The position numbers were made by a program, and so were the translations under genes. Source: a virus (taxonomy: Duplodnaviria; Caudoviricetes). Taken from it: DNA of 64,000 nt. Below the pieces are notes generated by a model. The model saw only the letters and a list, made by a program, of their open reading frames with translations, made no database searches and was not told where the DNA came from. The stretch's first letter is position 1. Every line of letters begins with the position of its first letter. Below are positions 40,330 through 50,846 of this stretch, in pieces. Location: IMG/VR virus record IMGVR_UViG_2974512537_000001, positions 17,077 through 81,076 of that record. The stretch is one strand, 5' to 3'.

Positions 40330-42108
40330 TTAAAGTTTTCGTGGTAGATATTTTAATACCATCTTGGAATCTTCCAAGTCACCAACCATGTTAAGTGAGT
40401 TAACACCCGGCTTTAATTTAGGATAGCTGGTAGACCAAACTGGATAAGCGATTCTACCACCAATTGTTGTCCGTTGCGCTTCTGAATCCATGACAATTTC
40501 AGAACCAGCACTAGCGACATATGTTGGTGTTGATGAGCTTGGTACGTCATTGTGCTTCCATAAGTCAATGCTAGTCAAGGATAAATAAGGCGCCCGATAC
40601 TTAATGTTTTTATCGTCCTCGGTGATAGAGTGCTTTAAGAACATGACCCCAAAACCACCCAATGCTGTTTGGTACTTATCGCCAGTATTAATTGGTTGTT
40701 GTGAATGAGCAATCAAATATTTGTTAGGGTTGGTATATGGTTGTCCGTTGTCAAGGTTATATTGGACAACTGACCAGCTCCATGTATTACCGACATGTTG
40801 TAAATCCATTTTAATCCAGCCGTCAGTCAAAGCACCAGTTTCTTGACGGTTCCACACAGTAACATAAGTGTCTACCTTTTGGTTGATAGTTTTCTTTGTT
40901 ACCTTACCATTTCTTGAACGAGTTCTGATTGTTTTCCTAACCGTCTTAGTACCAGTTTTAATCTTAATTGCCATATCTCTCTTATTTGTAAAAGCTCCGC
41001 TAGGCCCAGTTGTGGTTAATAAATCACGATGTTTTCCATCGTGAGGAGCGAACGTTGAACCCGGCTGACAAATTTGTAACCGGCACCGCGGCCGACCGCC
41101 ACCTCCGGGGTCAACGATACAGAAGTTACCGATTGTCTTACCGTTAGTATCAGTCCATTGGAACTGAACCGCACCCATAGCACGTTGGTCGTGTGTGCTG
41201 TTATAGCGTCCGTGATGAATACCGACTTTTAAGCGCCAATCAGTAAGTGATTGTGTTAAACCAGTATACCTTAAAGCTGGGCCATACCAACCTGATTGAT
41301 GAGTCCCGAATTGTTGATTGTAACCACCGGGGTCACGCTTAACTGTCATGGCGGAAGTATCACTCTTAATCATCGCTTCTCCTTGGAATACGGTATAGTC
41401 ACCGCCATTAGGCCCAACCAAACCACCAATAGCACTTGCATCATTCGTCCACATTGCCATTGTTTCAACAGGGTCGCCCAACACCTTTTCCCACTCTTGA
41501 ACAGCCTGTTCTTGTTCCATCGGGTCTTCTGGGCCGATACCGTAGTTACCACCATTAAGAGTGTAGCCCACGTATCTTAGTGCCCTCTTAGGGATAATCT
41601 GAATGACTGGCTCTGTTTGTGCTGTACCGTCAACCGTGATAACATTTAGCCCCGGCTTTAAGTCAACCTCAACTTGCGGTAAAGTCGCTCGTGGGTCAGA
41701 CATTACGAACGTAATCGTAGAAGTAGAATCCCAAGTGCCCTCTTGCGTTACTTGCGGGTCGCTAATTGCGGTGATATGTCCCCAATAAGTTAAATCTGGT
41801 TGGAAGCCAAAGACCAACGGAATTTCTTGGTCATTGTCTGGTTCATCTGTTAATAACAGTCCAGCCAAAGTTTGTGCATATTCAACGTATGATTTCGAGT
41901 TATGTGGTGCCATAATTGTAATTGGAATATTAATTGTTTTTGTGGTATAATCAATACCACCGAAATGAACCCCGTATTTTGCCGGAATGTCGGTTGATAG
42001 TTCCGACATTGTCGGCGCAATCGGTGGGAGCACCATTCCCATGATAACATGTAAGTCTGTGCGACTGTTAAGGCCGCCCAAGCTAAATTCATCTTCTTTT
42101 AATGCCAA
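40330..42108 (-). CDS. distal tail protein (Dit) with insertion
   Basis: F.LGGLNS, L.F..QPD..YWG, F..SDP, L.PG.N.L. Confidence 0.8.
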   Translation of the reverse strand: MALKEDEFSLGGLNSRTDLHVIMGMVLPPIAPTMSELSTDIPAKYGVHFGGIDYTTKTINIPITIMAPHNSKSYVEYAQTLAGLLLTDEPDNDQEIPLVFGFQPDLTYWGHITAISDPQVTQEGTWDSTSTITFVMSDPRATLPQVEVDLKPGLNVITVDGTAQTEPVIQIIPKRALRYVGYTLNGGNYGIGPEDPMEQEQAVQEWEKVLGDPVETMAMWTNDASAIGGLVGPNGGDYTVFQGEAMIKSDTSAMTVKRDPGGYNQQFGTHQSGWYGPALRYTGLTQSLTDWRLKVGIHHGRYNSTHDQRAMGAVQFQWTDTNGKTIGNFCIVDPGGGGRPRCRLQICQPGSTFAPHDGKHRDLLTTTGPSGAFTNKRDMAIKIKTGTKTVRKTIRTRSRNGKVTKKTINQKVDTYVTVWNRQETGALTDGWIKMDLQHVGNTWSWSVVQYNLDNGQPYTNPNKYLIAHSQQPINTGDKYQTALGGFGVMFLKHSITEDDKNIKYRAPYLSLTSIDLWKHNDVPSSSTPTYVASAGSEIVMDSEAQRTTIGGRIAYPVWSTSYPKLKPGVNSLNMVGDLEDSKMVLKYLPRKL

Positions 42109-42176
42109 TGGTCAAACCCCCTATAAAATGTGTTTTTTATTGCGAATATGTACACGAGGGTTGCCCCTCGTATAAC

Positions 42177-45100
42177 CTAGTTAATCAAGTTGTTGTATCT
42201 TGCTTTAGCTAGGCGTTGTGCTTCAACAGCGTCTACGACACTTTGAGAAGCAACGTAAGCAACGTTTGGCGTATTGTTTGATGACAAGATAGCTTGCAAT
42301 AATGCGTTCGTTTGCTGGATAGCGACCGCAATCTGGTCGAGCTTTTCGCTATCAGCAGACTTTACATTTTGAGTATCTACGGTAGTAGCAACGTTCCCGC
42401 TTTCGAGATAACTAATTGATTGCTTCAATTGACGAATTGCGGCGTCTTTGTTGGTCAAAGACACAACCATTTCTGGTTTGTTGTGTTCCGCAATGTTAAT
42501 CATTTGAGCTTTGTCAACAAGTCCGCCATGTTCCATACCCTTAATGTAGCGGTATACAGCAGAGGCGTTCCGCAGACGAGCACCACCAGAAGCGTCCATG
42601 TTACCACCGGATTCCCAAGTTGCAAAGAATCTTTGAGCGGCGGCAGTAGGATTTGTCATTCTCAATACGGATTTTAACATGCCGTTTGCGCCGGGTTCAT
42701 TTAAGGCATAGCCAATCTGACCAGCGGCAGAGTTCCATGCGTAGCCATGTCTTCTTAACCAGTTACGTAGCCCAGTTTCACGAGTGAACGTCCACTGACC
42801 CAAACCAGTACCGTGGTCACTGGCGTTGACGGCGGAAGGGTTCAAGTTGGATTCTTGAATCCAGTTACCTAAGATACCGGCAATACCACCGTTATTTGAA
42901 GCTGGATAAGCCTTTTTGAACGCTTTAGCTAACGCCCGTGCGCGTGAAGCAACGCTACCACCGAGCTTGACGTTACCGACAAGTTGTTCATCTTGGCCTG
43001 CTTTTAACATCTTTTTGAACCAGCTAGTAAGGGAGTGGATAACAATATCACCAGTCATACCAACAGCTTTAGCGGCGATACCACCACCCTTTGCCAGAGC
43101 GTTTAATGGTGAGGCAATCATAGCTGATAAATACTTAGCAGGTGATTTAATCATCTTACCTAAGTTATCAATAAGTTTAGAAGCTTTAGTTTTAACTCCA
43201 GAGAACCAGTTACCAACGCCATGAACGGCGCCGCCAATAGCGCTACCAATACCATCTAACCAACCAGTTGCAGAAGCGAATGCTGGGATTTTACCACCAT
43301 TGTGTTCAAGGTAAGGCTGGATTACTCTAGCGTCTTCACCTTTGGCGATTTCCGTACCTTTTGGCAAGTTTACAATGATATTGCGCTTGTTAGGGAACAT
43401 ACCCATGCGGCCATCTGGTAGCTTATAAGCTTCACGCCAGTAACGTGACTTGGCGTCATTTACTAACGCTGGGCCTCCCGGCGTACCTTTAGCGTAGGTG
43501 CTTAGCTTAGCCGAACCGTAACTAGCTGTGCTAAGTCTAAAGCTCTTGCCAACACCGATTTTCTTTTCGACACCGTTAATGGCTCCGGCAACGGCATTCC
43601 AACCTTTAACAACAGGGTGAATAACACCATTGTTAACAATTCCGGCCATTGCGTTCCAGATACCATGCCATGCACCTTTTAGTGCGCCGGAAATCCGACC
43701 CGGCAACTTCTTAAAGAAACTTGCCATGTTATTACCGAATTTAGAGATATTTTTCCAAATACCCTTAATCCAGCCGCCGATGGTGTTAGATACATTTTTC
43801 CATGCTTTGGCAACCGGTGATAGCAAGTTTCTGAACCACTTAGTCACATTTTTGTAGATTTTTTGAGCCCAACTACCAATCGCATTAGAGATAGATTTCC
43901 ACCATCTACCAGCAGTTTTGGAAATTGATTGCCAAGCCTTAGCTACGGGGCTTAACAGCCTTCCGACCCACTTAGTAGCAGTTTTGTAGAGATTATGAAC
44001 CCAGCGACCAACAGTTCCTGATATGTTCTTCCACCATTTTTCAGCAGTTTTAGAGATGGAATGCCAAGTTTTAGCCAATGGACTTACTAATTTTCCAATC
44101 CATTTAGTGGCGGTGTGGTACATATCCTTAACAAATTTTGTGACAGTTTTTAAAGCGCCACTCCATGCCTTAGAAATGCCTTTACCGATTTTACCCATCG
44201 TTTTTTGAATTGGTTTGACCATATTGTCAATGGTCTTACGAACGTCCTTGGCCCATCTTCCAATTGTCTTGCCGACCTTAGAGAAGATTTTGCCCATGCT
44301 TCCGAGAGCCTTACCAATTCCCTTAAATAACTTGACTAAACCGATTGCGGCTAACTTTCCGGCAATTGCTCCTAGGGCGGCAATAAACTTGCCAATACCC
44401 TTAACCACACCGGCAATATCCTTGCCAATCGTTACAATTGACTTACCAACTGGGCTGGTCTTAAACCACTTACCAATTTTCTTAAAAGGTGTTTGAATTG
44501 CCTTAACTGCTGGAGCAAAGAACTTACCAATCCCCTTAGCCCAGCCTGACATGGTTTTACCGACACCGGCCAGCATTTTAGAGATTGATTTTCCGATACC
44601 TGTTTTGCCAAGACCAGAGAACATCTTACTAAATGCTGAACTGATTGATTTGCCAAGACTACTTAAACTAGGCATTTTAAGCCCTTTGAACAATCCGCTA
44701 AACCACTTACCAATTCCACTAATTTTAGGCAGTTTAAAGTTCTTAAACATTTTGCCAAAGTTAGGCATTTTAAAGCCTTTGAACATTTTATCAAAGTGAA
44801 TACTTGGTAGCTTTAGCTTACTAATCCACTTACCAATGCCACCAAACCAATCACCGATTGATTTTTTAATAGTGGACATTTTAGGCATTTTGAAGTGTTT
44901 CATGGACTTCTGGATTTTTTTACCTAGTTTTCCGCCCCAGTCGCCACCTTTGTCACCACCGATAAAGTTACCGGCAAGTCCACCAACGGTAGAACCAATC
45001 TTAGCACCGGCTACTGTCCCTGCCGGGCCAAAGAAAGTACCAAGTCCACCACCGACTAGACCACCAACACCAGTACCGATAGCACCAGCGCCGACTGAAC

Positions 45101-47840
45101 CGGCCAATTGGCCAACAGTAGAACCAATCTTTTCGCCAGAATTATGTTTATTCATACCGATGAGGTTAGTTGCGGCAAAGGCAGTTTGGAGCCAAGGAAC
45201 ACGTTTAAGGAGGCCGCCAGTACCCCGTGCTAGTTTACCAAGCTTGGAGCCGGTAGTACCAATCCTACCAACTCTTGATGAGATAGATTCGGCGTCTTCT
45301 GTGGTCGTTTGACCTTTAGCCATACGCTTTAGGACAGACAATTTAGACCGAGATTTCTTGGCCGCCTTGTATTCCTCACGGGTTCCAACAGATTCTATCG
45401 TGGAACCACCTTTTCCGCCCCGTCCTTTAGAACCGCCACCGACACCAGCTCCGGCTTCTGACGCTTCTGCTCCAGCGGCTTCTCCGGCCTCGCCCCAAGC
45501 CGCCGCAAGAGCTTTAACAGCGGCCGTTTGTTCGTTAATTGCGGCTATGGCAGATTTACTTGAACTGGCAGTTTCAATCTTAGACTTGCTGAATAGTTTA
45601 GAAATAACGGTAGCGATTGTTCCTGAATTACGAATGAAAGCGGCAATTACACCAGTAACAGCACTAATTGCTGGAACCAATAGAAGCGTTGCTCCGGCGG
45701 CTTTTTTAGCGGAAGGACTTAGCTTATCAAACTTATCCATTAATCCGGTCAGCGCCTTAGCGCCTTTGGTTAAATATGGAAGTAATACGTTTGCAAACTC
45801 AATCTCTAAAGCTTGAAAAGTGACCTTAAACTTGTTAAACTGGTTTTGCGCAGTTTCCATGTTCTTTGCAGATAGACCACCAATGTAGTCATTTTTTGCA
45901 GACCTAGCAACCTCGTCATTAAGTTTTCCAAGTGATTTATAATTATCAGTTAAGATACCACCGGCTTGTTGACCAGTCGTACCAAAGATTGCATGGAACA
46001 CGTCAGTACGGTCATGACCAGATAAGCCCTTCATGTGACGGTTCAAAATGCCGAAGATTTCCGACATTGACTTCATCTTACCGTTCTTATCTGTAAAACT
46101 ACTTGTTGATAATCCTAATTTCTTCAAAGCGCCAGTAGCGTTATCAGTAGGAGATACCAATGAGTTAATCGTCTTACGTAATCCAGTACCAGCCTTGTCA
46201 GATTCCAAACCGTTGTTGGATAAAATACCCATGGCACTAGCAGTTTCGGAAATACTAAATCCAGCTTGGTGAGCTGTGTTACCAACGTATTCCATACCTT
46301 TACCTAAACTCTGGAAGTCGGTAGCCGTCATATCAGCGGCGTAGGCCATTTCATTAACGACCTTAGCCGTATTCTTAGCCATTTTACCGGTGGTATTCGC
46401 TCTTAGACCGAATGATTCCAAAGTCTGCGTAGAAACGGCTGTGACGTCATTAAAGTCATCACCAGTGGCGATAGCACCTTTAACCAACGTCTTCATCGCG
46501 CCTACCGCCTGTGATGAACTATAACCACGTTTGATTAAGTCTTGATAGCCATCAGCAATTTGTTTTTGCGTCAAACCATATTCCTTAGAATAAGCTTTGG
46601 CGTTTTCTTTCATTTTAGCGAGGTTACGATTAATCTCTTTGGTTCCTTCTGTGTTAGACTGAACGATTAAGTTCTTAGTCTTTGTAAAAGAAGCCTGTAA
46701 TGAGGTTGCCATCGTAACGCCTTGCTTAGTCACAGCGGCAAGCCCTAAGGTTGCATAACCAGTACCACGAGAAACAGCAGACATCGCAGTGGCAACGCCA
46801 GAATATTTTTTCTGCATACCACCAATTTTGTCGCTGAATGAGTTTATCGCTGTACCAGATAGGCCAACACGCTTGTTTAAAGAACGGATTTTTGATTCCG
46901 TTGCCCCAATTTTCGCACCTAGTTCGTTGACCTTTTTAGCTTGCGTTGAATAAGCCGCACTTGTTTCGCCGGAACGTCTTTTGACTAACGCCAATTCAGA
47001 CGCTTCGGTCTTGTATTGAGCCATTAACCCTTTACGAGAACCAATTAATGACTTCAATTCTACCGCCATTGCAGAGTAATTCTTGCCCTCTGCTCGCAAT
47101 CTTGAAGCAAGCGACTGCGATATTTCCGCAGTTGACTTAGAATACTGCTCCATCTTGTGTAGGCCAGTAGAATACTTACGCTGTTCCTCACGGGCTTTAG
47201 CGTAAGCTTCACGAGCTTTTGATACAACGGCAGACTGTTTGTTAATATCAACGTTAGATGAACTAGCGCTAGATTTTAACGCCTTGAATGCCTTTTCCTC
47301 ACGACCGAGTTCATCTTTTAAAGCAGATGTCTTGGCCGCCAAGAGTTGTTTATGTTTGGCGCTTGCTTGTTCCTCTTTGCCCTCTGCTAGTAAAGCCTTT
47401 TCGTTTGCCTCAATCGCACTGGTATAAGCTTTATGCGAGGTTTTGGCCTTGTCGATACCAGTTGAGAATCTGATTTCGGCGGCACGTGCACTTGCCAATT
47501 CGCTTTGACGCCGTTTCAACGCCGCATTACTTCGGGTTAATTCGTTCGTCCAGCGCATAACCGCAAGTTTTTCCTTGTCAGTTTGAGCATTGGCATGTTT
47601 TAAGGCGTCAGCTAAACGCTTGTTATAATCAGATTGTAGCTCAATTTCTTTGTTAAGTCCTGTTATCTTGGCTTCCAGAGCACTTGCACTGTCACCAGCG
47701 GCTTGCATTGCAGAAGCGTTAGAGCGCCATTCGTGGCCTGTGGAGCGAATAGCTCCTTTTAACGTACGCAGGCTTGATTGAGCCTTGGTATCGTTAATAT
47801 TAACATTATATGTTAAGCTACCATATGCGGCCTGTTTCAT
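42177..47840 (-). CDS. tape measure protein with C-terminal lysozyme-like domain
   Basis: 1887 aa; TP901-type core; W/F periodic repeats; GILGNWIQES...GLGQWT. Confidence 0.92.
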   Translation of the reverse strand: MKQAAYGSLTYNVNINDTKAQSSLRTLKGAIRSTGHEWRSNASAMQAAGDSASALEAKITGLNKEIELQSDYNKRLADALKHANAQTDKEKLAVMRWTNELTRSNAALKRRQSELASARAAEIRFSTGIDKAKTSHKAYTSAIEANEKALLAEGKEEQASAKHKQLLAAKTSALKDELGREEKAFKALKSSASSSNVDINKQSAVVSKAREAYAKAREEQRKYSTGLHKMEQYSKSTAEISQSLASRLRAEGKNYSAMAVELKSLIGSRKGLMAQYKTEASELALVKRRSGETSAAYSTQAKKVNELGAKIGATESKIRSLNKRVGLSGTAINSFSDKIGGMQKKYSGVATAMSAVSRGTGYATLGLAAVTKQGVTMATSLQASFTKTKNLIVQSNTEGTKEINRNLAKMKENAKAYSKEYGLTQKQIADGYQDLIKRGYSSSQAVGAMKTLVKGAIATGDDFNDVTAVSTQTLESFGLRANTTGKMAKNTAKVVNEMAYAADMTATDFQSLGKGMEYVGNTAHQAGFSISETASAMGILSNNGLESDKAGTGLRKTINSLVSPTDNATGALKKLGLSTSSFTDKNGKMKSMSEIFGILNRHMKGLSGHDRTDVFHAIFGTTGQQAGGILTDNYKSLGKLNDEVARSAKNDYIGGLSAKNMETAQNQFNKFKVTFQALEIEFANVLLPYLTKGAKALTGLMDKFDKLSPSAKKAAGATLLLVPAISAVTGVIAAFIRNSGTIATVISKLFSKSKIETASSSKSAIAAINEQTAAVKALAAAWGEAGEAAGAEASEAGAGVGGGSKGRGGKGGSTIESVGTREEYKAAKKSRSKLSVLKRMAKGQTTTEDAESISSRVGRIGTTGSKLGKLARGTGGLLKRVPWLQTAFAATNLIGMNKHNSGEKIGSTVGQLAGSVGAGAIGTGVGGLVGGGLGTFFGPAGTVAGAKIGSTVGGLAGNFIGGDKGGDWGGKLGKKIQKSMKHFKMPKMSTIKKSIGDWFGGIGKWISKLKLPSIHFDKMFKGFKMPNFGKMFKNFKLPKISGIGKWFSGLFKGLKMPSLSSLGKSISSAFSKMFSGLGKTGIGKSISKMLAGVGKTMSGWAKGIGKFFAPAVKAIQTPFKKIGKWFKTSPVGKSIVTIGKDIAGVVKGIGKFIAALGAIAGKLAAIGLVKLFKGIGKALGSMGKIFSKVGKTIGRWAKDVRKTIDNMVKPIQKTMGKIGKGISKAWSGALKTVTKFVKDMYHTATKWIGKLVSPLAKTWHSISKTAEKWWKNISGTVGRWVHNLYKTATKWVGRLLSPVAKAWQSISKTAGRWWKSISNAIGSWAQKIYKNVTKWFRNLLSPVAKAWKNVSNTIGGWIKGIWKNISKFGNNMASFFKKLPGRISGALKGAWHGIWNAMAGIVNNGVIHPVVKGWNAVAGAINGVEKKIGVGKSFRLSTASYGSAKLSTYAKGTPGGPALVNDAKSRYWREAYKLPDGRMGMFPNKRNIIVNLPKGTEIAKGEDARVIQPYLEHNGGKIPAFASATGWLDGIGSAIGGAVHGVGNWFSGVKTKASKLIDNLGKMIKSPAKYLSAMIASPLNALAKGGGIAAKAVGMTGDIVIHSLTSWFKKMLKAGQDEQLVGNVKLGGSVASRARALAKAFKKAYPASNNGGIAGILGNWIQESNLNPSAVNASDHGTGLGQWTFTRETGLRNWLRRHGYAWNSAAGQIGYALNEPGANGMLKSVLRMTNPTAAAQRFFATWESGGNMDASGGARLRNASAVYRYIKGMEHGGLVDKAQMINIAEHNKPEMVVSLTNKDAAIRQLKQSISYLESGNVATTVDTQNVKSADSEKLDQIAVAIQQTNALLQAILSSNNTPNVAYVASQSVVDAVEAQRLAKARYNNLIN

Positions 47841-47851
47841 TTAAAAACCCT

Positions 47852-47885
47852 CCTTGCAAAAAACAAGCCCGCCAAAGCGAACTTA
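47852..47885 (-). terminator. intrinsic terminator-like hairpin before the TMP gene
   Basis: AAGTTCGC-TTTG-GCGGGCTT then GTTTTTT. Confidence 0.55.
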
Positions 47886-47914
47886 ACTAACAAAAATAAG
47901 TAAAAACAATAACA

Positions 47915-48136
47915 TTACCCCTCGGCAATGTTATCTTCTAACCAGTACCCTAAAGGAACTACCTCATCGTCAGAACCAGAACCATCGCTGTTGTCATCAA
48001 CAGATAGCATTTCTAGTAAATCAAAATAATTGGTTTCCTCTAGGTTGTTGAACGTGTCTTGCTTTTGAGCAACTAATGCTTTTTCAAGACGATTAATCTC
48101 GTCCAGCGTTTCCTGAAACGTCTGCGGTTCCGCTGG
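47915..48136 (-). CDS. tail assembly chaperone C-terminal extension (gpT-like), no own start
   Basis: TFNNLEETNYFDLLEML gpT-like motif; +1 frame overlapping the end of the chaperone gene; no SD-supported start. Confidence 0.6.
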   Translation of the reverse strand, partial: PAEPQTFQETLDEINRLEKALVAQKQDTFNNLEETNYFDLLEMLSVDDNSDGSGSDDEVVPLGYWLEDNIAEG

Positions 48137-48491
48137 GCGTACTGTCGTCTTCGTCACCGTCCACAATCTGGTCAATGTGCATAACCTTTTGAATGATTTG
48201 AGCGAACAACTCATCGGTCTTATCTGAATCCAAGTCTTCAAGTTTATCAATTTGTGATTCTGATAAACGCAACATGTCAGCAATATATTCGGTGGTTGCT
48301 TCGTTAGCTTCGTACTGGTTCTTTAAGAACGCACTGTAAGCTTCTTCATCGGTCATGTTTTCGGCGTCAATGTTACCTAACGCTTCTAACTTCATTTGCA
48401 CCTTTAACGTCTTTTTGATATTTTTGTTAGTTTCGTTTACTTCAACGGGCTTGCGAATACCTAAGTCTTTTGCATTGATTTTGACAGTCAT
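48093..48491 (-). CDS. tail assembly chaperone (gpG-like)
   Basis: Between MTP and TMP; GAGGAG SD before ATG 48491. Confidence 0.8.
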   Translation of the reverse strand: MTVKINAKDLGIRKPVEVNETNKNIKKTLKVQMKLEALGNIDAENMTDEEAYSAFLKNQYEANEATTEYIADMLRLSESQIDKLEDLDSDKTDELFAQIIQKVMHIDQIVDGDEDDSTPSGTADVSGNAGRD

Positions 48492-48620
48492 GTGAATCTC
48501 CTCGTCTTTCATCTAATATTTTATTTTTGGATATGTACACACACACCCCAGACGGGGCATGTAGGTGATTATTCAGCCTCAATTGTTACATTACTCACAC
48601 TAGGAGCAACCTGAGCTAAT

Positions 48621-49238
48621 TTAGGCTTGGCCGCCGCTACTCGCAACAGCATTACCCGGAAATACGAAGTTAGTCCAATCTTCAATTTTGAAAGTGTCCT
48701 TGGCTTCGTCACCTTTAGCATAAGCGGCCTTATCAGATTGACGGTTAACACCAGTAAACGTTAATGAGTCTGGTGCCAATTGTTCTGATTCGGTGTTCGT
48801 TTGCATGTTGTGTTCTTCCAGACCGAAAGTACCTTTCAATAAGGCGAAGTGTAACTTGTTGTTCAAACGGCCGTGGGTGATAAATTCAATAACTGAATAT
48901 GGCGCACGGGTGTCTGACGTAACAACAGAGAAACCTTTTTCATTGTCAACACCAGTAATAGCGTCAATGATGTCTTCTGGAATATCGTTAGCACCAACAG
49001 TTGCTTGAACAGACCCAACACCTTTACCAGACGTTTCAACGACCATGTCAGAACCGTAAATCTTAGTCATCGTTGGAGTAAGACCAGTAATATTACCGAC
49101 CGTCATACCTTGTGCGGTAGTTGAGTCTAACGTGTACACACCAGTCGTACCAATTGCCGTGTTTGTCGTATCAACTTGTTCCTTGTCTGTTTCAAAGATA
49201 GCAAGCCGAGCGCTATCAATACCTTTGGTTTTTGCCAT
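48621..49238 (-). CDS. major tail protein
   Basis: Position; ITGL.P, YS.IEF, FALLKG.F pattern of phi13-type MTPs. Confidence 0.85.
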   Translation of the reverse strand: MAKTKGIDSARLAIFETDKEQVDTTNTAIGTTGVYTLDSTTAQGMTVGNITGLTPTMTKIYGSDMVVETSGKGVGSVQATVGANDIPEDIIDAITGVDNEKGFSVVTSDTRAPYSVIEFITHGRLNNKLHFALLKGTFGLEEHNMQTNTESEQLAPDSLTFTGVNRQSDKAAYAKGDEAKDTFKIEDWTNFVFPGNAVASSGGQA

Positions 49239-49257
49239 TATTGATTACCTCTTTCTT

Positions 49258-49635
49258 TTAATAAATAGTTTTCTTAAAGTGATAGGTTGAGTAAAGTTGT
49301 GAAGTCTTTGGCTCACGGTCAACACCGCCACCAATTGTTTGATACCAACCGTTATGTCGTAGCATGTTACGAACAGGGCGCTCATATAAAGCTGTGACAT
49401 CACCCTTGATACTTAGTGGGTAAAAGAACTGTACCTGTACCGTACCATCGTCAGCGATTATATCATCGCTACCGAATTTGCTAGGAATCCGTGAAATATC
49501 ATTTACTAAAATGACTATTTTATTCTTAACTGACGCCTTAATATGGTCAGGAAGACCATACGCAAAAACGTATTTAGGGTCGATTCCATCAATGTTAGCG
49601 TCCCTGATTAATTGTTTAACGTCATTTGAAATCAA
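49258..49635 (-). CDS. tail terminator / completion protein
   Basis: Position; VQVQFFY, D.EP.T. Confidence 0.7.
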   Translation of the reverse strand: MISNDVKQLIRDANIDGIDPKYVFAYGLPDHIKASVKNKIVILVNDISRIPSKFGSDDIIADDGTVQVQFFYPLSIKGDVTALYERPVRNMLRHNGWYQTIGGGVDREPKTSQLYSTYHFKKTIY

Positions 49636-49638
49636 ATC

Positions 49639-50091
49639 TTACAACCCCTTTGCCTTAAAAATAGCCTTAGCTGTTTGAGTTTGCGCGGCAAAGATTTGGT
49701 CATACGGCATGGTTTCAACGGACTTTTCAAACCAGAACTGTGCAGGCTGACGATATGTTCCCCAATCAGTCCAAACGGCAATTGGATAAGCCTTTTGCTC
49801 AAACCCTAATTCAGTGCCGCCATCAATAAATTGGTTCGGTTTATGCGTGATATGGTCACGCAAGTGCCCGATTGATTTTCCATATAGTTTTTTATTACGA
49901 ACATCTTCAAATTCATCATAAGGTGTGCTATCATATAGGTGCTTTTCAGCAATCGGGATAGCGGCTTCAACAATAGCTGAACGTTCCTTACGGGTTAATT
50001 TGAGCTTATCTAACTGCCTTAATAGTTCGTCTTCACCAGTTACCTCAATTGAACCTAATCCGCTAGTGACCAATTGTTTTTTAGTCGCCAA
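49639..50091 (-). CDS. HK97 gp10-like tail component
   Basis: HLRD.I, GT..Q.AQ.WF; TTG start at 50091. Confidence 0.7.
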   Translation of the reverse strand: MATKKQLVTSGLGSIEVTGEDELLRQLDKLKLTRKERSAIVEAAIPIAEKHLYDSTPYDEFEDVRNKKLYGKSIGHLRDHITHKPNQFIDGGTELGFEQKAYPIAVWTDWGTYRQPAQFWFEKSVETMPYDQIFAAQTQTAKAIFKAKGL

Positions 50092-50500
50092 ATGCGCCAC
50101 CCCCAAATGAATCGGAAATACCAGACGAGCCACCGTTCTTAATGACTGATTTCAACGATAATAAGTCATACGATACGATTGCGGCGGTATCTGGTACGAT
50201 GTAGGTTACGATATAATACTTCTTTCTGAATCTAGCTCGGTAACTATCATAGTCAAAGTTTGGTCTGTGTTTAACGGCAACTACGATTGTATCTTCGTCA
50301 TTCATTCCGTCAACACTCGTAATATTCCTATCTGATACTCGATATTGTGCGCAATGAAAAGTATACTTAACATCAAATGTATCGTCATTAATATCCGCTC
50401 CAGAGTTGATAATATTTCCGTTGTCAAGCTCTACCCACGAGTCGTTTGTGCCGAGTTCTAATTTTTCTTTGTAACGCCATAGGTCAACCTTATTTGCCAT
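50081..50500 (-). CDS. head closure / head-tail adaptor
   Basis: Position; DTI.VAV.H pattern. Confidence 0.7.
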   Translation of the reverse strand: MANKVDLWRYKEKLELGTNDSWVELDNGNIINSGADINDDTFDVKYTFHCAQYRVSDRNITSVDGMNDEDTIVVAVKHRPNFDYDSYRARFRKKYYIVTYIVPDTAAIVSYDLLSLKSVIKNGGSSGISDSFGGGAFGD

Positions 50501-50516
50501 CTTATCACCCCACTAA

Positions 50517-50804
50517 CTAGATTGAGAAGTTTCTACCATAATTCATAATGGTTTCTAGTGAGGAGGAATTAACAGTGCCACTGACGGGTGCTCCGTCACG
50601 TTTCAAGTATAGGGTCGTAGCAACTTCTAATACGGCTCTATCTACGATAGCCTCAAATTGTTTTTCACGAACACCCTCGAATTGACCGGCAACTCTTGAC
50701 ACGTAAAAATTGACGTAGTCAACAGCATGGTTAAAATATAAATCAACATCTTCATCAGAATCTGCGTTAATTTGATTCTTAAAGTCATCAATTGTCACTG
50801 ACAT
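50517..50804 (-). CDS. head-tail connector (gp6-like)
   Basis: FKNQIN.D..ED, AV...A..LY..R. Confidence 0.75.
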   Translation of the reverse strand: MSVTIDDFKNQINADSDEDVDLYFNHAVDYVNFYVSRVAGQFEGVREKQFEAIVDRAVLEVATTLYLKRDGAPVSGTVNSSSLETIMNYGRNFSI

Positions 50805-50846
50805 CTATTACAACACCTCCTATGTACGCCCCAAAACGGGGCAAGA

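Noticed and set aside
42420-47473. Many plus-strand ORFs (60-160 aa) opposite the tape measure and other structural genes
   Set aside because: Antisense shadows of long genes with biased codon use; no SD sites and no recognisable motifs.
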